64,000 nucleotides of DNA from Blepharisma stoltei ATCC 30299 (Eukaryota > Protista > Ciliophora), in NCBI GenBank assembly GCA_965603825.1, contig CBFDEM010000005.1, forward strand, positions 620,001-684,000, written 5' to 3'. Below are positions 25,501 through 37,494 of this stretch, piece after piece; position 1 is the first letter of the stretch, and the number at the start of each line of letters is the position of its first letter. A program made the translations under genes and the position numbers. The notes below the pieces were generated by a model. That model worked only from the letters and a program-made list of their open reading frames with translations, searched no databases and was not told where the DNA came from.

Positions 25501-26007
25501 ATGCCAGGAAAGAAATCTCCTTCAAAGCCAAGCATGACCAAAAAAGCTGAGACTCAAATTTCCAATCGAGTTGATGAAGGTGCTGATAAATTGCGAATAA
25601 CTTCTCATGAGCGTGCAGGTCTCATATTTCCAGTTGGAAGGATCCTTAGAATTATGAAAGAAGGCCGTTTGGCTGATAGAATTTCAGACAAAAGCGCTGT
25701 TGCTATCGCAGCTGTGCTAGAGTATCTATCAGCTGAAATCATAGAATTGGCTGGAGATCAAGCCAAAGAAGAGCGATCAATGAAAAAACACATGATTAAA
25801 CCCCGCCACATTACGTTAGCTGTAAGAGCTGATGAAGAATTAAGCGAATTTATCGGTGAACAAGTAATAATTCCTATGGGCGGAGTTATTCCACATATTC
25901 TGCCAGAAATTGAGAAAAAAACAAAACGCAAAAGAGCTAAAAAAGGTCAAGATGGAGAAGAGGAAGAAAGTGGGGATGAAGAAGGTGAAGCTGAAGATAT
26001 GAAATAA
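25501..26007 (+). CDS. Divergent histone H2A variant
   Basis: 'RAGLIFPVGRI', 'AAVLEYLSAEIIELAG', 'IKPRHITLAVRADEEL', 'GGVIPHI'; acidic C-terminal tail. Confidence 0.92.
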   Translation: MPGKKSPSKPSMTKKAETQISNRVDEGADKLRITSHERAGLIFPVGRILRIMKEGRLADRISDKSAVAIAAVLEYLSAEIIELAGDQAKEERSMKKHMIKPRHITLAVRADEELSEFIGEQVIIPMGGVIPHILPEIEKKTKRKRAKKGQDGEEEESGDEEGEAEDMK

Positions 26008-26208
26008 ATTAAAATCTTCAAATAGTTTGTAATAAGAATTTGTTAAAACCTTCAGTTATTTCTTCTTAATTAATTCATGATAGGTTTCAGTGTCTTTTGA
26101 TATATCTTATTTTTTAATTAAGAAGGTAAGCCTAGATTTTTTCATCCTCATTTATCTTTTTAAAAACTTATAAGCGAAAAATTGTTAATTAATATTTCAG
26201 GGATTTAT

Positions 26209-27036
26209 TTATAGTTTATTAATATCTTTATTTCGTAACATGATATGTCTGAGAAAAGAAGTAGTATCTTTTAAAGCATCTATAGTGAGCTTTTCGTACT
26301 CCTTTTTATTGAAATCAAAAATTTGTGTGCTGCTTGTTCTAATAGTTCTTCTTTTTTGTGAAGATGGCGATTTTGGTGATGTTGATGAAATTGGCGATAT
26401 TGGTGACTTTTCATTGCTTTCAATTTTTGTAGGAGTTAGGCCTCCTCCGAATGGCCTTTTTGGTATTTTCTCAATTTTTAGCAAAAAATCTTTATTTTTT
26501 CCTTTGATTATGTTAGGAGAAGCCTCTTCTTCTTCTTTTTTTTCGTCAATTCGTGTGAATTCAATTTTGTATTTCTGTTTATCTTTTCTCTCAGCAATAT
26601 GTGGGATAGTTTCAGATGCTAAATCCGAGCCTAAGCTTTCAACTGAAGAATTTCTTGATTTCGCTTCGGGATTTGATTTTGTGCTTCGGTGATTATTAAT
26701 TTTTCCTAAGGTTTCTAATAAATCTTCAATGTCCTTTTTACTATCATTTTTTGGAGACTCCAGATCAGAATTTTGTTTCTGAGTACTTATAGATGGGTGA
26801 GTTGAAAGAAACCATAATTCTTTAGTGTCACCAGGAAAGCTGCTCGGAGTAGAATCTTTGGATGATGAGCTAGAAGAGTAGTTAGAAAACGAACGAGTAT
26901 GCTTGACAGTTTTTGGGCTTCTTATTTTGAGATATCTTGTAGAAGAGGCTGAATGCAAGTTTAATAGGCGCAAATTACGCTCTGAAAGAGGCTTTGGTCC
27001 AAGTGGTGGCAGTTTGCAGGAGCTAATTGGTTTCAT
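26209..27036 (-). CDS. Hypothetical Ser/Lys-rich low-complexity protein
   Basis: 275-aa ATG-TAA ORF. Confidence 0.6.
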   Translation of the reverse strand: MKPISSCKLPPLGPKPLSERNLRLLNLHSASSTRYLKIRSPKTVKHTRSFSNYSSSSSSKDSTPSSFPGDTKELWFLSTHPSISTQKQNSDLESPKNDSKKDIEDLLETLGKINNHRSTKSNPEAKSRNSSVESLGSDLASETIPHIAERKDKQKYKIEFTRIDEKKEEEEASPNIIKGKNKDFLLKIEKIPKRPFGGGLTPTKIESNEKSPISPISSTSPKSPSSQKRRTIRTSSTQIFDFNKKEYEKLTIDALKDTTSFLRHIMLRNKDINKL

Positions 27037-27553
27037 TTAAAATTTAGTAATCTATGGCTTTAATTAGGTGCGTTTTGTATATTAAGACTAGAAAAATATG
27101 ATGGATTCTGTTTTAAATTTTGCTTAATCAAATAATTGCTTCAGCTATGCATCTTGTTCTAAAGCATTTATGATCTCAATTAATTATCAAGATTATTTTT
27201 ACGCTATGAAGATTTAAGTTAGCTATTTATATATTGTTAATTTCTTCACATTTTTCCAAAAGCTTTATTCCTTTTTTAAAAAGGTTAAAACTCTTAGCCA
27301 TAATTCTGATGAAAGATTTTTGGAAAATTATTAAAAGACTATTAATGTACCTAATGCTTCTTTTTGTTTGGAATTAATGCTTACGAGCCTTAGTTTCATT
27401 ACAATTTTGCAATTGGAGAACAATTTGCAATTGATTTGCTTGTTGATCCATTTTATTAAAATTTATTTAATTTTATAAAGATGAACTAAATTACACGAAT
27501 AAAATAGCTTGAGTATTAAATGGCAGTTATTATAATTCTTGCTATGTTATAAT

Positions 27554-27961
27554 ATGACTGAACGAATTTTCCCAGAGCAAGAATCTTTTTCTCTTAGTTT
27601 ACCAAGACCAACAACTCCAACAACAGAGCATATAAATGCAGTCAATTTTGAAAAAACAAGAAACCAGCATACTGCTGGATATCCTAAATACAAAAGACCA
27701 GAAATTTTCGACGACAATGCTACTGAAATATATCCAACTCTTTGACTAAGGTTCAGCCAGACTGCAACATGCATAGGATGCAACAAAAAAATTGAAACCA
27801 AAGTTTCAAAAAAGCTAGGAATAGGCGGCTTAATTGCTATTTGCTGCTGCACAGCACTAGGAGCCTGCTGCTGAATTCCTTGCGCAATTTCTTATTTTAA
27901 AGATACAATACACTACTGCCCTAACTGCGAAATGAAGCTTGGCTGCCGGTCTTTTATCTAG
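27554..27961 (+). CDS. LITAF-domain protein
   Basis: 'CIGC..K..T.V', hydrophobic Cys-rich stretch 'CC[W]IPC', 'KDTIHYCPNC...LG'; TGA at 27743 and 27872; ends TAG. Confidence 0.85.
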
Positions 27962-27979
27962 TCCTAATTAAAATTTTAT

Positions 27980-29692
27980 TTATATTATCAATCTTGGCCT
28001 AGAAATTTTCCCAGCTTTTAGCCTTTCTAAATAATTTCTATACGATTTTTGTGCTAATTCTTCTTTATCCTTGAATTTTACTTTATTTTTTTCATTAGGG
28101 AAAAATCTGACTGCTATGACAGATTCAAGTTTATTGTCTTTTGATTCCATTTCCACTGTTGAGGATTCTACGCTTTGTTTTTTCTGTATTTTGCTGGCTG
28201 ATTTTTGTCTGCTATATTCAGTCCTGGAGCTTAGCATCAGAGTTAAGTCTTTTTTTGCTTTTAACGAAATTTCGTTGTCTTTTTCTATTAAAGCGGCGTT
28301 CATATCAATAAGAAGGTCGTTGATATTATCAGTGTTAATTTTTCCGAGAGTGGAACTGTACATTTTGTCACTGGTTTTGAAGTTTGATAAAGATGGGCGA
28401 GTAGAAATTAATTGAGTTTTTGCTTGCCTTGGGTCTGGAGAGTTAAGCTTGTGCTTGTAATGTCTAATGACATTATAAATATCATAGCATCTCTCACAGA
28501 CTTTTACATTTTCATACATCTTTTGGCCATGCAGCTGAGAACTCATGCAAGAGTCAAAACCAAGATTTTTAATAGTCTTTTTAAGAGATTTTTTAGATAA
28601 AAAGCTTTCTACCTCTAGATCTTGGATTTGGCCATTAATCGGCAAAAATTTTAGCCTGGATAATATTGACTGCCCAAGATATATAATATAAAGCGGCATT
28701 TCATATAAAACCAATTTTGGCAAAAACCGTCTTCTTTCTTTTTGCAGGTAATCTCCTGCTATGCCTAAGCGGACTTTATTTGCTTCATTTTTCCCATCCC
28801 ACGTATAAGCTAGTCTTATTGTTTTAAGCTAAATATTTTTTACAATTTCATCATAATTTACTTCAGGATCAGTCTGGTCATATTTTCCTTTCAAGTTATA
28901 ATTACAAAAATCACCTTGACATATCTTTTTTGACACAGATTTACTTCTCAAAATCTGTGTTGTGCTCTTGCTGACAGGTAGCCTTTTCATTACAGATGGG
29001 GATCTTTCTAATATTAATGAAGGCTTTAACGAGCTTGGGATTTCATAGACTTTGCATTTTCGTGTCCCCATAAATCATAGAGATCTTGTTTTGTCCAAAA
29101 TAAATAAAAATTCAGTCTTTTTGATCCGATAAGAAGTATTCCTATGCAATGCTTTCATTATACTGTCTGAGGATGTATCTAACTCATTACATAAATTTTT
29201 AGCAGTCAAATTGATTTTTTTGCCAGTTTTATCTTTTTTGACAAATCTCTTTATGTATCTACCGGATTCCAATTTTATTTTTACACAAATTTTATGTTCT
29301 GAGTCACCTAAGGTTGGGATTCACATTTGAATGGCATTTGGCCAGCTAATTAACTGCTCAAGAATAGTTGTGATTAGATAAGTTTTCGTTAAAGGCAAAT
29401 ATGAGCTTTCATTAATAAGGTGGCCAACCGTTAGCTCTTCTAAAAGTGGATCATTTTCATTAGGAAAATCATAAGGAGATAAAAAATGCTGCACAATTAA
29501 TTCTCTACTTGCCTCTTCTGTAGCTTTTTTAACTACATTATAATTCTCATCTGTATAAATTCATCGATATCCAGAAAGCTCTTCAGGATCAATAAAAACA
29601 GTATCCAAAATCCTGATTTTCAGCTGACAAATTGAAAGAGGCTTTCACAAGTTTTTTATAACCCATACCGAAGATTGCTCAATGCCAGTCAT
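27980..29692 (-). CDS. Hypothetical protein (1 intron, 4 TGA-Trp) with spaced Cys pairs
   Basis: Continuous frame from ATG 29692 to TAA 27980 after removing 28829-28843; 'CQGDFC' and 'VKVCERCY'. Confidence 0.65.
28829..28843 (-). other. 15-nt intron
   Basis: GTAAAAAATATTTAG; removes an in-frame TAG between same-frame ORFs. Confidence 0.8.
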
Positions 29693-29735
29693 TTCACTAG
29701 TTATTTTTAATAGCTTTTTCGCCTTATTATAAAAT

Positions 29736-31097
29736 ATGCACTCAAGAAAGAAAAGGACACAGCCACCCACTCCAGAAGAGATCGCCAAGGAAAAGGCAAG
29801 GCTCCAGAAAATGCAGGAGCTCCACACAGCTGTGTTTGCCTCAATGGAAGCCCAGGATTTGTCAACTGACGCTTTTGATTTAACAACAAGAGCTATTCGG
29901 ACCTCATCAGATATTTATACATTTTTCAATTATCGTCGCCAAATTTTGCTGAAACTTTTTGAGGAAACCCCTGAAGACCAGCTTCCAGCTTTATTGAAAA
30001 AAGAATTAGACTTATTGGGCGGCATCATAAAAGAATCTCCAAAATCTTATACTTTATGGTTTCACCGACAATGGATTTTACAAAGGTGCAAAAATCTTAC
30101 TGATATTATGGAGAGGGAACTGAAACTGTGTGAGTATATGCTAAATAAGGATAATAGGAATTTCCATTGTTGGGATTATAGGACTTGGTTTGTGAAATTT
30201 GCGGGGACTGAAAGTTTGCAGGATGAGCTTTTGTTTACTGATTCTATGATTTTAAGAGATTTTTCAAATTTTAGTGCCTGGCATTATAGAACAAAGGTAG
30301 TTAAACAGATTTATACAGGAGAAATTCCAGATGAGTTTGTTAGAAGTGAGCTGGGGAGACTGAAAAATGCTTATTTTACATGCCCAATGGATCAGAGCAT
30401 ATGGAATTATCATAGGTGGCTGCTAAATCAAAAAGAGCCTATTATGATAACTGGGATATCTCCTAGAGAGTTCGAAGAAACACCCAAATGTTTTATTATT
30501 GGATTTTCCCATAATATCAAAGGAATTAATGAAAATTCTATTGGAGTTTCACAAGGCTGGGAGCCGCTACAGGGCACATGGGAGCCTTTATATACACAGC
30601 CATTTTCTTATATATGAAAATTCACCCCATCTCAGTCTGCACCTGGAGATATAGAATTCCGCTTAAGCCCTATCAATACAGAATTAACTGATATTAATGG
30701 TCATAAAAAATTGACATCTCTTCAATACAAGTTCAAGAAAACAGAAAATAAATCAGAATTTTCAGTAGAAGGACAAGAAGATGCCACATTTTTTGAAAGT
30801 GAGCTTGAGTCGATAGATGAATTGTTAAGAATTGAAGAAGACGATAGATCTCAAGCTGTGCTTAGAAAAGCTCAATTACTAGAAACCTTATCTTTTATGA
30901 ATTCAGAAAAAGGCAATATTGATCAAATTATTGCTAGTTATCAAGAATTAATTAGAATTGACTATAGAAGAGCTCCATTTTACAGAGAGTCTTTGAGTGT
31001 GTATAACGCTATAAAAAATAAATCAGCCGAAAGCAGTCCTATAGTCAGCAGAAAAATGCTCGCCAAAATCCTAGGGTTTATAGATCTTAATCAATAA
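29736..31097 (+). CDS. RABGGTA: Rab geranylgeranyltransferase (type II) alpha subunit
   Basis: 'MHSRKK' start, PFTA repeats 'YTFFNYRR', 'PKSYTLWFHRQW', 'DNRNFHCWDYR', 'FSNFSAWHYR', 'P.DQSIWNYHRWL'; TGA at 30615. Confidence 0.9.
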
Positions 31098-31105
31098 GTA
31101 ATCTA

Positions 31106-31780
31106 TTAACTATACGTGTACATTAATAAAAAAAATACCAAAAGTATCGCAGCTAGCAAGAATAATATTTTTTTGCAATTTCCATGCGATTTTTTTTGAT
31201 ATTCTTCTGCTTTATTCAGCTCCAGCACAGCTTGACCACTGTTTTCACTTGCATCATCTACATGATTTTCTATTCTGTCAAGTACCACCCCTTGCTCTTG
31301 TACGGTTTCTGCACAATATTTCATCATGTCATTGACCTCTTGTAAGCATTCTTCAATTTTTCCTAATTCAATCTGTCTGTCCCTTAATATATCTTCATCA
31401 TATACTTGAGCTTGTAGCTGTGCTTGCTGTTGCAAATTTTGATTAGTTGTTTGAGACTCATTGAACTTGTGCATTGATTCAAGAAGTCTGGAGAATTGTT
31501 TGGTGTATGTATCGACTAAAGCTTGCCGTTCCATTTGCTCTCTTTTTGTTTGTGGCTTTAAGTTTTTCAAGATATTAATTGCTTCTTCTGTCTTTTTGCA
31601 CTCTGATTTGAATAAGTCTACACCAGTTTGTGAATACTCTCGCTGGACACGAGATACAGCCCTCTGTAGCTCTCTCATACAAGTTTTGACAATCTCTCCT
31701 TGTTGTTGGGAATTGCTTTCAAGAAGATAGGTCTAAGTGAAAAATACTCGCAAACCTCCTGGCTCTTTTCTTATTGACAT
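31106..31780 (-). CDS. Syntaxin (Qa-SNARE, syntaxin-7/Pep12-like)
   Basis: SNARE motif 'IE..LQEVNDMM...AE.V.EQGVVLDRIE.HV', C-terminal TM; 5' exon joined through intron 31733-31747. Confidence 0.85.
31733..31747 (-). other. 15-nt intron
   Basis: GTATTTTTCACTTAG; removes an in-frame TAG and links to ATG 31780. Confidence 0.75.
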
Positions 31781-31811
31781 CTTATGGGATTATTGATAAA
31801 TTAGATATAAA

Positions 31812-33554
31812 ATGGATGCAGCGTATTTTAGATATTTTAGCGGAAACCAAGTGGATCAGATTAAATTACTGGAAATGCAGGCTGAGTATCTTCGATATTT
31901 AGCGTCGTGCTATGGTGGAAATGCTCCTATCTTGCAGTATCCAATCCAGCCTCAACAAGTTTCTAATGGAAATATTCCAAATTTTCAAATAAATACAGAA
32001 ATTAAATCCTCTAAAGAGACTGTAAACACAAAAGTTCCTATAGCCCAAGAATATTCAAAGGAGACTGAAAACAAAGAGAAACCAACTCTAGGCTCTAGAT
32101 CACAGATAGAAATACCACCATTAACTTTTTCGAATAAAGAATCAACTGAGATTCCACAAGTAAAAGAAAATAAGCAACCTGAATTGGCTAATGAGGAAGA
32201 AAGTAGCCCTATAAATGACAAGAAAATTGGAACAAAAGCAAGTAATCGGAGATATTTATCTAATCCTGATGATGTTCCCATTAAACCTATAGCAAAATCA
32301 TTTGAAAGCTTGCTTGAAGAAGAAATGAAGAAGCTGAGAGAACAAGAAAATACGGCAGAAGGTGAGGCAGAAGGTGAACAAAAGCCTAAGCATCAATTTT
32401 TAAAAAAAGGAAGCAAAGTAAAGCAAATTATAGCAGCTGAAAAAAGCCATGAGGAACAAGAAAAGAGTGAAAATTTAAACTTAGAAGAAGCCAAATCTAT
32501 TGAAAAAAGTGAAATTGTTGAAGAAAGAAAAGAAGAAAAACCTATGGAAGTGCCAATAGAAAATCCTGATGAAGTAGCAGCACTTAAAGAAGAATTTTCC
32601 AACAAATTAAAAAATTTGGAAAAAGAAATGGACTATTTCAAAAGAGAAAATGCAAAATTAAAGAAATTAGCAAAGGAATTGGAAGAGAAAAAAAGTGTAA
32701 TCGACAAAGAAATGCATGAATTCGAAGAATTCAAAAAAAGAGAAGAAATCAAGCTTATTAAGTGGAAAAATAAAGAAATGGAAAAACTTAAAAAGGAAAA
32801 GGAAGCAATAACCAAAGCGAATATAAAAAAAGAAAATGAAGAAGTTGAAAGGTTGAGAGAAACTCTAAAAAGATTAAATCAGTCCGTAAAAGATCAAGAA
32901 ATTCGCCACAAAATCGAAACAGACAAACTTAAAGCACAAATTGAAAAAATTTCTAAAAAATCAGAAATTAAGCCAATTTTAAAAAATCCGCGCAGGGAGT
33001 CAAAAACTGATAGAGGTAGCCTTTCAGTTAATGAAAAGATTATCATTTCCAAACCATCTGCCTCTGAAAATAACTCTATAAGCCAAGAAAATTCGATCGA
33101 AAAAACTCCAAGAAATTCACCTTCAGACAGCCATATAAAAGTAATTTCTTTCAGCAATGGAACTAAAAAAGAAATTCACCCTGATGGCCACTCAGTGATT
33201 TACTTTATAAATGGTGATATAAAAACTGCTTTTCCAGATGGGAAATCAATTTATTTCTTTTGTGAAGCCAATACAGTCCAAACTACATTTGCTGACGGGG
33301 TTCAAGAATTCAAATTTCCCAATGGACAAGCTGAAAAACACTATCAAGATGGGACCAAAGAAATCAATTTCCCTGATGGAACAATGAAGTGTATTTATCC
33401 TAATGGTGAAGAAAAATGCATATTCCCTGATGGGACTATACAAAAAATTTGTGCAAATGGAGAGAAATTGATAACACTTCCTGATGGAAGAAAAGAAATA
33501 ATAACAGCTGAAGGAAAATGTGTAAATGTAGGGAATGCTCAAGAATCCTTATAA
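31812..33554 (+). CDS. SAS4: SAS-4/CPAP (CENPJ)-like centriole protein with TCP10 C-terminal domain
   Basis: 'DDVPIKP..KSFE.LLEEE', 'FLKKG', coiled coil, G-box repeats 'F.NGD.K..FPDG...Y.F....T.QTT..DG....FPNGQ.EKHY.DG.KEI.FPDGT'. Confidence 0.85.
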   Translation: MDAAYFRYFSGNQVDQIKLLEMQAEYLRYLASCYGGNAPILQYPIQPQQVSNGNIPNFQINTEIKSSKETVNTKVPIAQEYSKETENKEKPTLGSRSQIEIPPLTFSNKESTEIPQVKENKQPELANEEESSPINDKKIGTKASNRRYLSNPDDVPIKPIAKSFESLLEEEMKKLREQENTAEGEAEGEQKPKHQFLKKGSKVKQIIAAEKSHEEQEKSENLNLEEAKSIEKSEIVEERKEEKPMEVPIENPDEVAALKEEFSNKLKNLEKEMDYFKRENAKLKKLAKELEEKKSVIDKEMHEFEEFKKREEIKLIKWKNKEMEKLKKEKEAITKANIKKENEEVERLRETLKRLNQSVKDQEIRHKIETDKLKAQIEKISKKSEIKPILKNPRRESKTDRGSLSVNEKIIISKPSASENNSISQENSIEKTPRNSPSDSHIKVISFSNGTKKEIHPDGHSVIYFINGDIKTAFPDGKSIYFFCEANTVQTTFADGVQEFKFPNGQAEKHYQDGTKEINFPDGTMKCIYPNGEEKCIFPDGTIQKICANGEKLITLPDGRKEIITAEGKCVNVGNAQESL

Positions 33555-33766
33555 ATTAATATGTGTTTTGATAATTAAAAAAATTCAAATATCAGAGCGG
33601 GTTTGGTATCTTAGACATATATAGTAAATTTTAGTGAATTAAGATGTTGACTTTTGATTTTTGAGAAAATCAGCTCTAAATTATAAGAATTTAAGTGTTT
33701 ACATTAAGATTTATCCAGATTTATGCTAAAATGATTTGACCAATATATTTAACCTTTTACAAATCT

Positions 33767-34150
33767 TTAAACTAAATTACTCCTATCAAAAGGACACACA
33801 TCAATCTTTTTCAAGCATCCCCCGCACACAACATGCCCACATCTCAATGTCTCAGTCGCTTTTTCAGCATAGCATATTAAGCAAGCATTTTCAATTTCTT
33901 CAATCTTAAACTGCTCTTCTGCTGCTTTAAGCTCTTCATCTCTATCCCTTTCAATCTGTTCTTTCTTTTCTCTCAATTTGGCTATTTCTTCCTCAATTTC
34001 ATAAATCATAGGATCATAATAACCCCTTATAGATTCCACTTTCTTATCTTTTTTTTGCTTCATAATTTGCTCTAGTGTAACATTCGGTGCTTTTTTGGGT
34101 TTCGGAACATATGAGATTACAGGGGTATCTAATTCAAACCTCCAAGCCAT
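33767..34150 (-). CDS. Small C3HC4 RING-finger protein
   Basis: 'CLIC........LRCGHVVCGGC.....VCPFDR'. Confidence 0.8.
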   Translation of the reverse strand: MAWRFELDTPVISYVPKPKKAPNVTLEQIMKQKKDKKVESIRGYYDPMIYEIEEEIAKLREKKEQIERDRDEELKAAEEQFKIEEIENACLICYAEKATETLRCGHVVCGGCLKKIDVCPFDRSNLV

Positions 34151-34175
34151 TTCAAAATTATTTCATACAATTAAA

Positions 34176-35696
34176 ATGAACAAGAAGAAAAGATTTTATA
34201 GTGTAGGAGAGCTAAAAGAATACATCAATGATTTATTTGCAAAAGCAAAAAAATTCCATGAAATGCCAGGATTTAGGAACAATGATGCCTGCAAAAGTTA
34301 TAAACACTTGATAACTATCTGTAATTCTCTAGCAATCGTGTTTATGCAGTATGATCTCATCCAGGAGTCCTTAACTTTTCTAAAAATTTCAATGGAAGTT
34401 GACAGTCTGCTTGTCAAGTATGGAAACATTTTAGAAAAATTCTGACAAGGAAGGCTGGTTATGTACAATAATTTTGCGTATTTATATCACAAGGCAAATC
34501 AAAACCAAGACTGCTTAAAAAGTTTGTATGAAGGCCATAGCTTGATGGTGAGTATGAAAGATATGGGGATAAATTGTGTGCCTGATTTATACATTTCTTC
34601 GAATTTGATGACTTTTATGTGTTTATGGAAAATAAAAAGATTTAATGAAGCTGGTAGTTATTTAGAAAAAGCTGCAAATATGGTCAATAATGTGATTAAA
34701 GGGATCAAAAAGTCAAAGCTGTCTAGTCTCAGTGCCCAGAATTTGTATGGGATTGTTGTCATGGGCAATGCTGGGCTTGCAGCTAAGCTTGATAATAATT
34801 TTGATAAAGCTATCAATATTTGTCAGGAAGGGCTACAAGTACTTAGCAGTGACGATATTTTAGCAAGACCACTTATATGTGATTTAATTCAAGATTTCCA
34901 TAGAGAAAAGCACTCAAAAAATGATAAAGACTGACTAATTACGAAAGAATTTGAAAACATTTTATTTATCACCACATTTGTGCCATTTATCAGTCCAAAT
35001 ACACCTCTGATAGACACAAATGAGCTAGAATTAGAAAAATCTAAAGCAAGAATCAGCGTTTTAGGAGAAGAAATCAATACTTTTATAGATTCTGACATAG
35101 AAAATGTCCCAGAAACCAGGGCAAATCTGCCAAAGCCATATGCACACATCATGAATAATATTCTGTCAAAAAGAAAAAGTCAGCAAGAAGTCCCTAGACA
35201 GTCAGCAAGCACTTCTCCTGGCAGAGGAAAAATAAGGCCTAGCACAAGAGAAGGGATTAATCGTCCATGGTGAGAGAATGAAAAATTTATTGAGCAAATC
35301 GTAAATCCTGAGAGTAGAAATAGCAAATCTAGATACCCTAGTGAGCCAAGGGTAAGAAAAAGCATTCCAAGGCCACAATCTAAAGGAAGTAATGAGAGCC
35401 GGAAGTTTACTCCAGGAAATTCAGAAATTTATGAAAATTCCAATAGGTTTAACTTTTTGAGCCCTCATTTAAATCCTGCTCCAATAAGAAATTTAGCTTC
35501 AAAAAGAGATAAAGATATTGGAAAACATATTATGGTAGAATTCAGCCCAGCTAGACATAATTTAGGAGATCAGATCCCAATTGAATTTTTGCCAGTTCCA
35601 CCTATAAGAAGAAATGATCCTTATTCTATGATGCCTGGATCAGGATATAGCAGTGGGAGATACAATATGATTCTTGAGAGATCAAGCCATTTGTAA
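34176..35696 (+). CDS. Hypothetical TPR-like protein with low-complexity tail
   Basis: Four same-frame ORFs joined by TGA at 34443, 34932, 35271; 'CNSLAIVFMQ', 'YNNFAYLYHK' TPR-like helices. Confidence 0.65.
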
Positions 35697-35787
35697 TTTT
35701 ATTTGAATCAAAATAAACACATTTTATAAATTAATTATAAATAATTATAAAACCATTTAAGATTTATTATTTTAAGTGAAAACAGCT

Positions 35788-36477
35788 TTAATGAGCTCTT
35801 AATAAGAAATTTTGCCTTATTAATGTCCCGCCTTCTATAGAAATTTCATCGAGCTCTCGTAAAAAAGGTTGTAAAACAGCACTAGAAAAATTATAAAATC
35901 CTTGCTCACTTGTGAACTCTTCTATATTATCATCTTGCTTGCTTGGTGCCCAAGGGTTTCTAATGAATCTAAAATACAGTTTATCTCTCCATTCAGCTTT
36001 TTGTAGAGTATAGTGGATACTTTTTGATGCGATTTTTTCATATTTCCCTGTATATCTATCAAAAACTAATTTACGAATAGTTAAATGCGGATCATACATA
36101 AAATCATAATGATTGCTATAACTGGCATTTTCTCTTACTAAAGTCAGGTGAAGTTCTAAAAGTCCTAAAAAATAGCTCGATTTAAAATAAGGCAAAACTA
36201 TGGTTGACCCACTACTCGTATCTTGCTCTATCGCTAGATTTTTCTTTACTAAACTAATCCCAATATCTCTTGCAATTTCAAAAGCAAGAAAAATATCATC
36301 TCATCTTAAATTTTCTGGAGTCTCTGGCAAGTCTTCTATATCCCTAATATCAAATTTTGTTTTTGGACTTTTAAAGCTTCTATTGTTTACTGGGTATTTT
36401 ACTTGAGATCATTTATTTTTTAATTGCATTGGGTGAGCAATATACCCAAACTCTCATAAAGCATTTTCATTAATCAT
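35788..36477 (-). CDS. Hypothetical protein
   Basis: Frame open from ATG 36477 with three TGA codons to TAA 35788. Confidence 0.55.
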
Positions 36478-36517
36478 TATAAAAATCAATAGAAGCCTTA
36501 ATTATTTTCTTTATTTT

Positions 36518-36994
36518 TTACACTTGGCTTGGCGGCGCGGCTTCTCGAGCTGGCTCATTTTCTTCATGCTTTTCTGCTTCATCAATCAATCTATTTTTCA
36601 TCTGTATGGATTTTACGCTAAAAGAAAACACAATGTACATAATCCCCAATATGATATTTGCTAAAGAAATTAGAAGTTGATACCACTCTGAGTATGAAAA
36701 AGAAATTGTCCCCATGCTAAATAGAGCTTACAATATGAAATAAAGCCCTTTTCCGAAGTATTTTTTCAGGAATGAGAAATATTTCGTGATATGTGGTATT
36801 GGGAATTCACCTAGAATTGCTAGAATGCCGAACAGAATATAATATAACGCCATTATAAATTGAATGAATGATCCAATATCGTCAAAGTAAACGTAAACCA
36901 TAACACCAAGAATTATCATCCCTAGCCCACACAGTACGCTAAAAATTTTCATCAGCAGAGTGAACCTTTTATCATCTAGTGATTGTCCTACCAT
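36518..36994 (-). CDS. COPI-associated (TVP15-like) Golgi membrane protein
   Basis: 'YYILFG.L..LGEF.......YFSFLKKYFGKGLYFIF.G' after intron removal. Confidence 0.8.
36717..36731 (-). other. 15-nt intron
   Basis: GTAAGCTCTATTTAG; removal restores GKGLYFIFMG. Confidence 0.9.
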
Positions 36995-37494
36995 TTTATT
37001 ATGATTATAGGTCCTGTTTTTGCAGAGCCTAAGACAAGCCAGAATAAATCTAAAATTTAAATATTTTTTGGATTTTTTGTTATAAAATTTAAGATAAGGT
37101 TTTACACAGAAAAAACTATATGAGAATAGTTTTATTAATCTAGCTTTGATTTTATATGAATAGGATGAGGTGATCTTATATCATTTTATTTCGAAAATAA
37201 TAAAGTTGAGCAACATATAAAATATTTTAATAATTAGTTTTGGAAAGATATTTTAACGGATTTTTAGCATAGACTACTGTCTTAATAATTTTAAGTACTT
37301 AAAATTTACTAAGTTGCAATAAAAATAAATTAAATTTTATTATAAGAGATCAATAGATTAGAAATCCAAATAAAATTGCTCTTCTAAATGCAATCTATTA
37401 AATTTTAAACTCATCGATTTTGCTATATTTTCAATTTTCATAGATTATAAGACACAATTTATATAAAAAACCTCCATGAAATCTAAATAATAAA

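Noticed and set aside
27872-27874. TGA next to Cys (CC-TGA) in LITAF as a possible Sec
   Set aside because: The position fits the hydrophobic residue of the LITAF 'CC.IP' pattern, and the 18-nt gap leaves no room for a SECIS.
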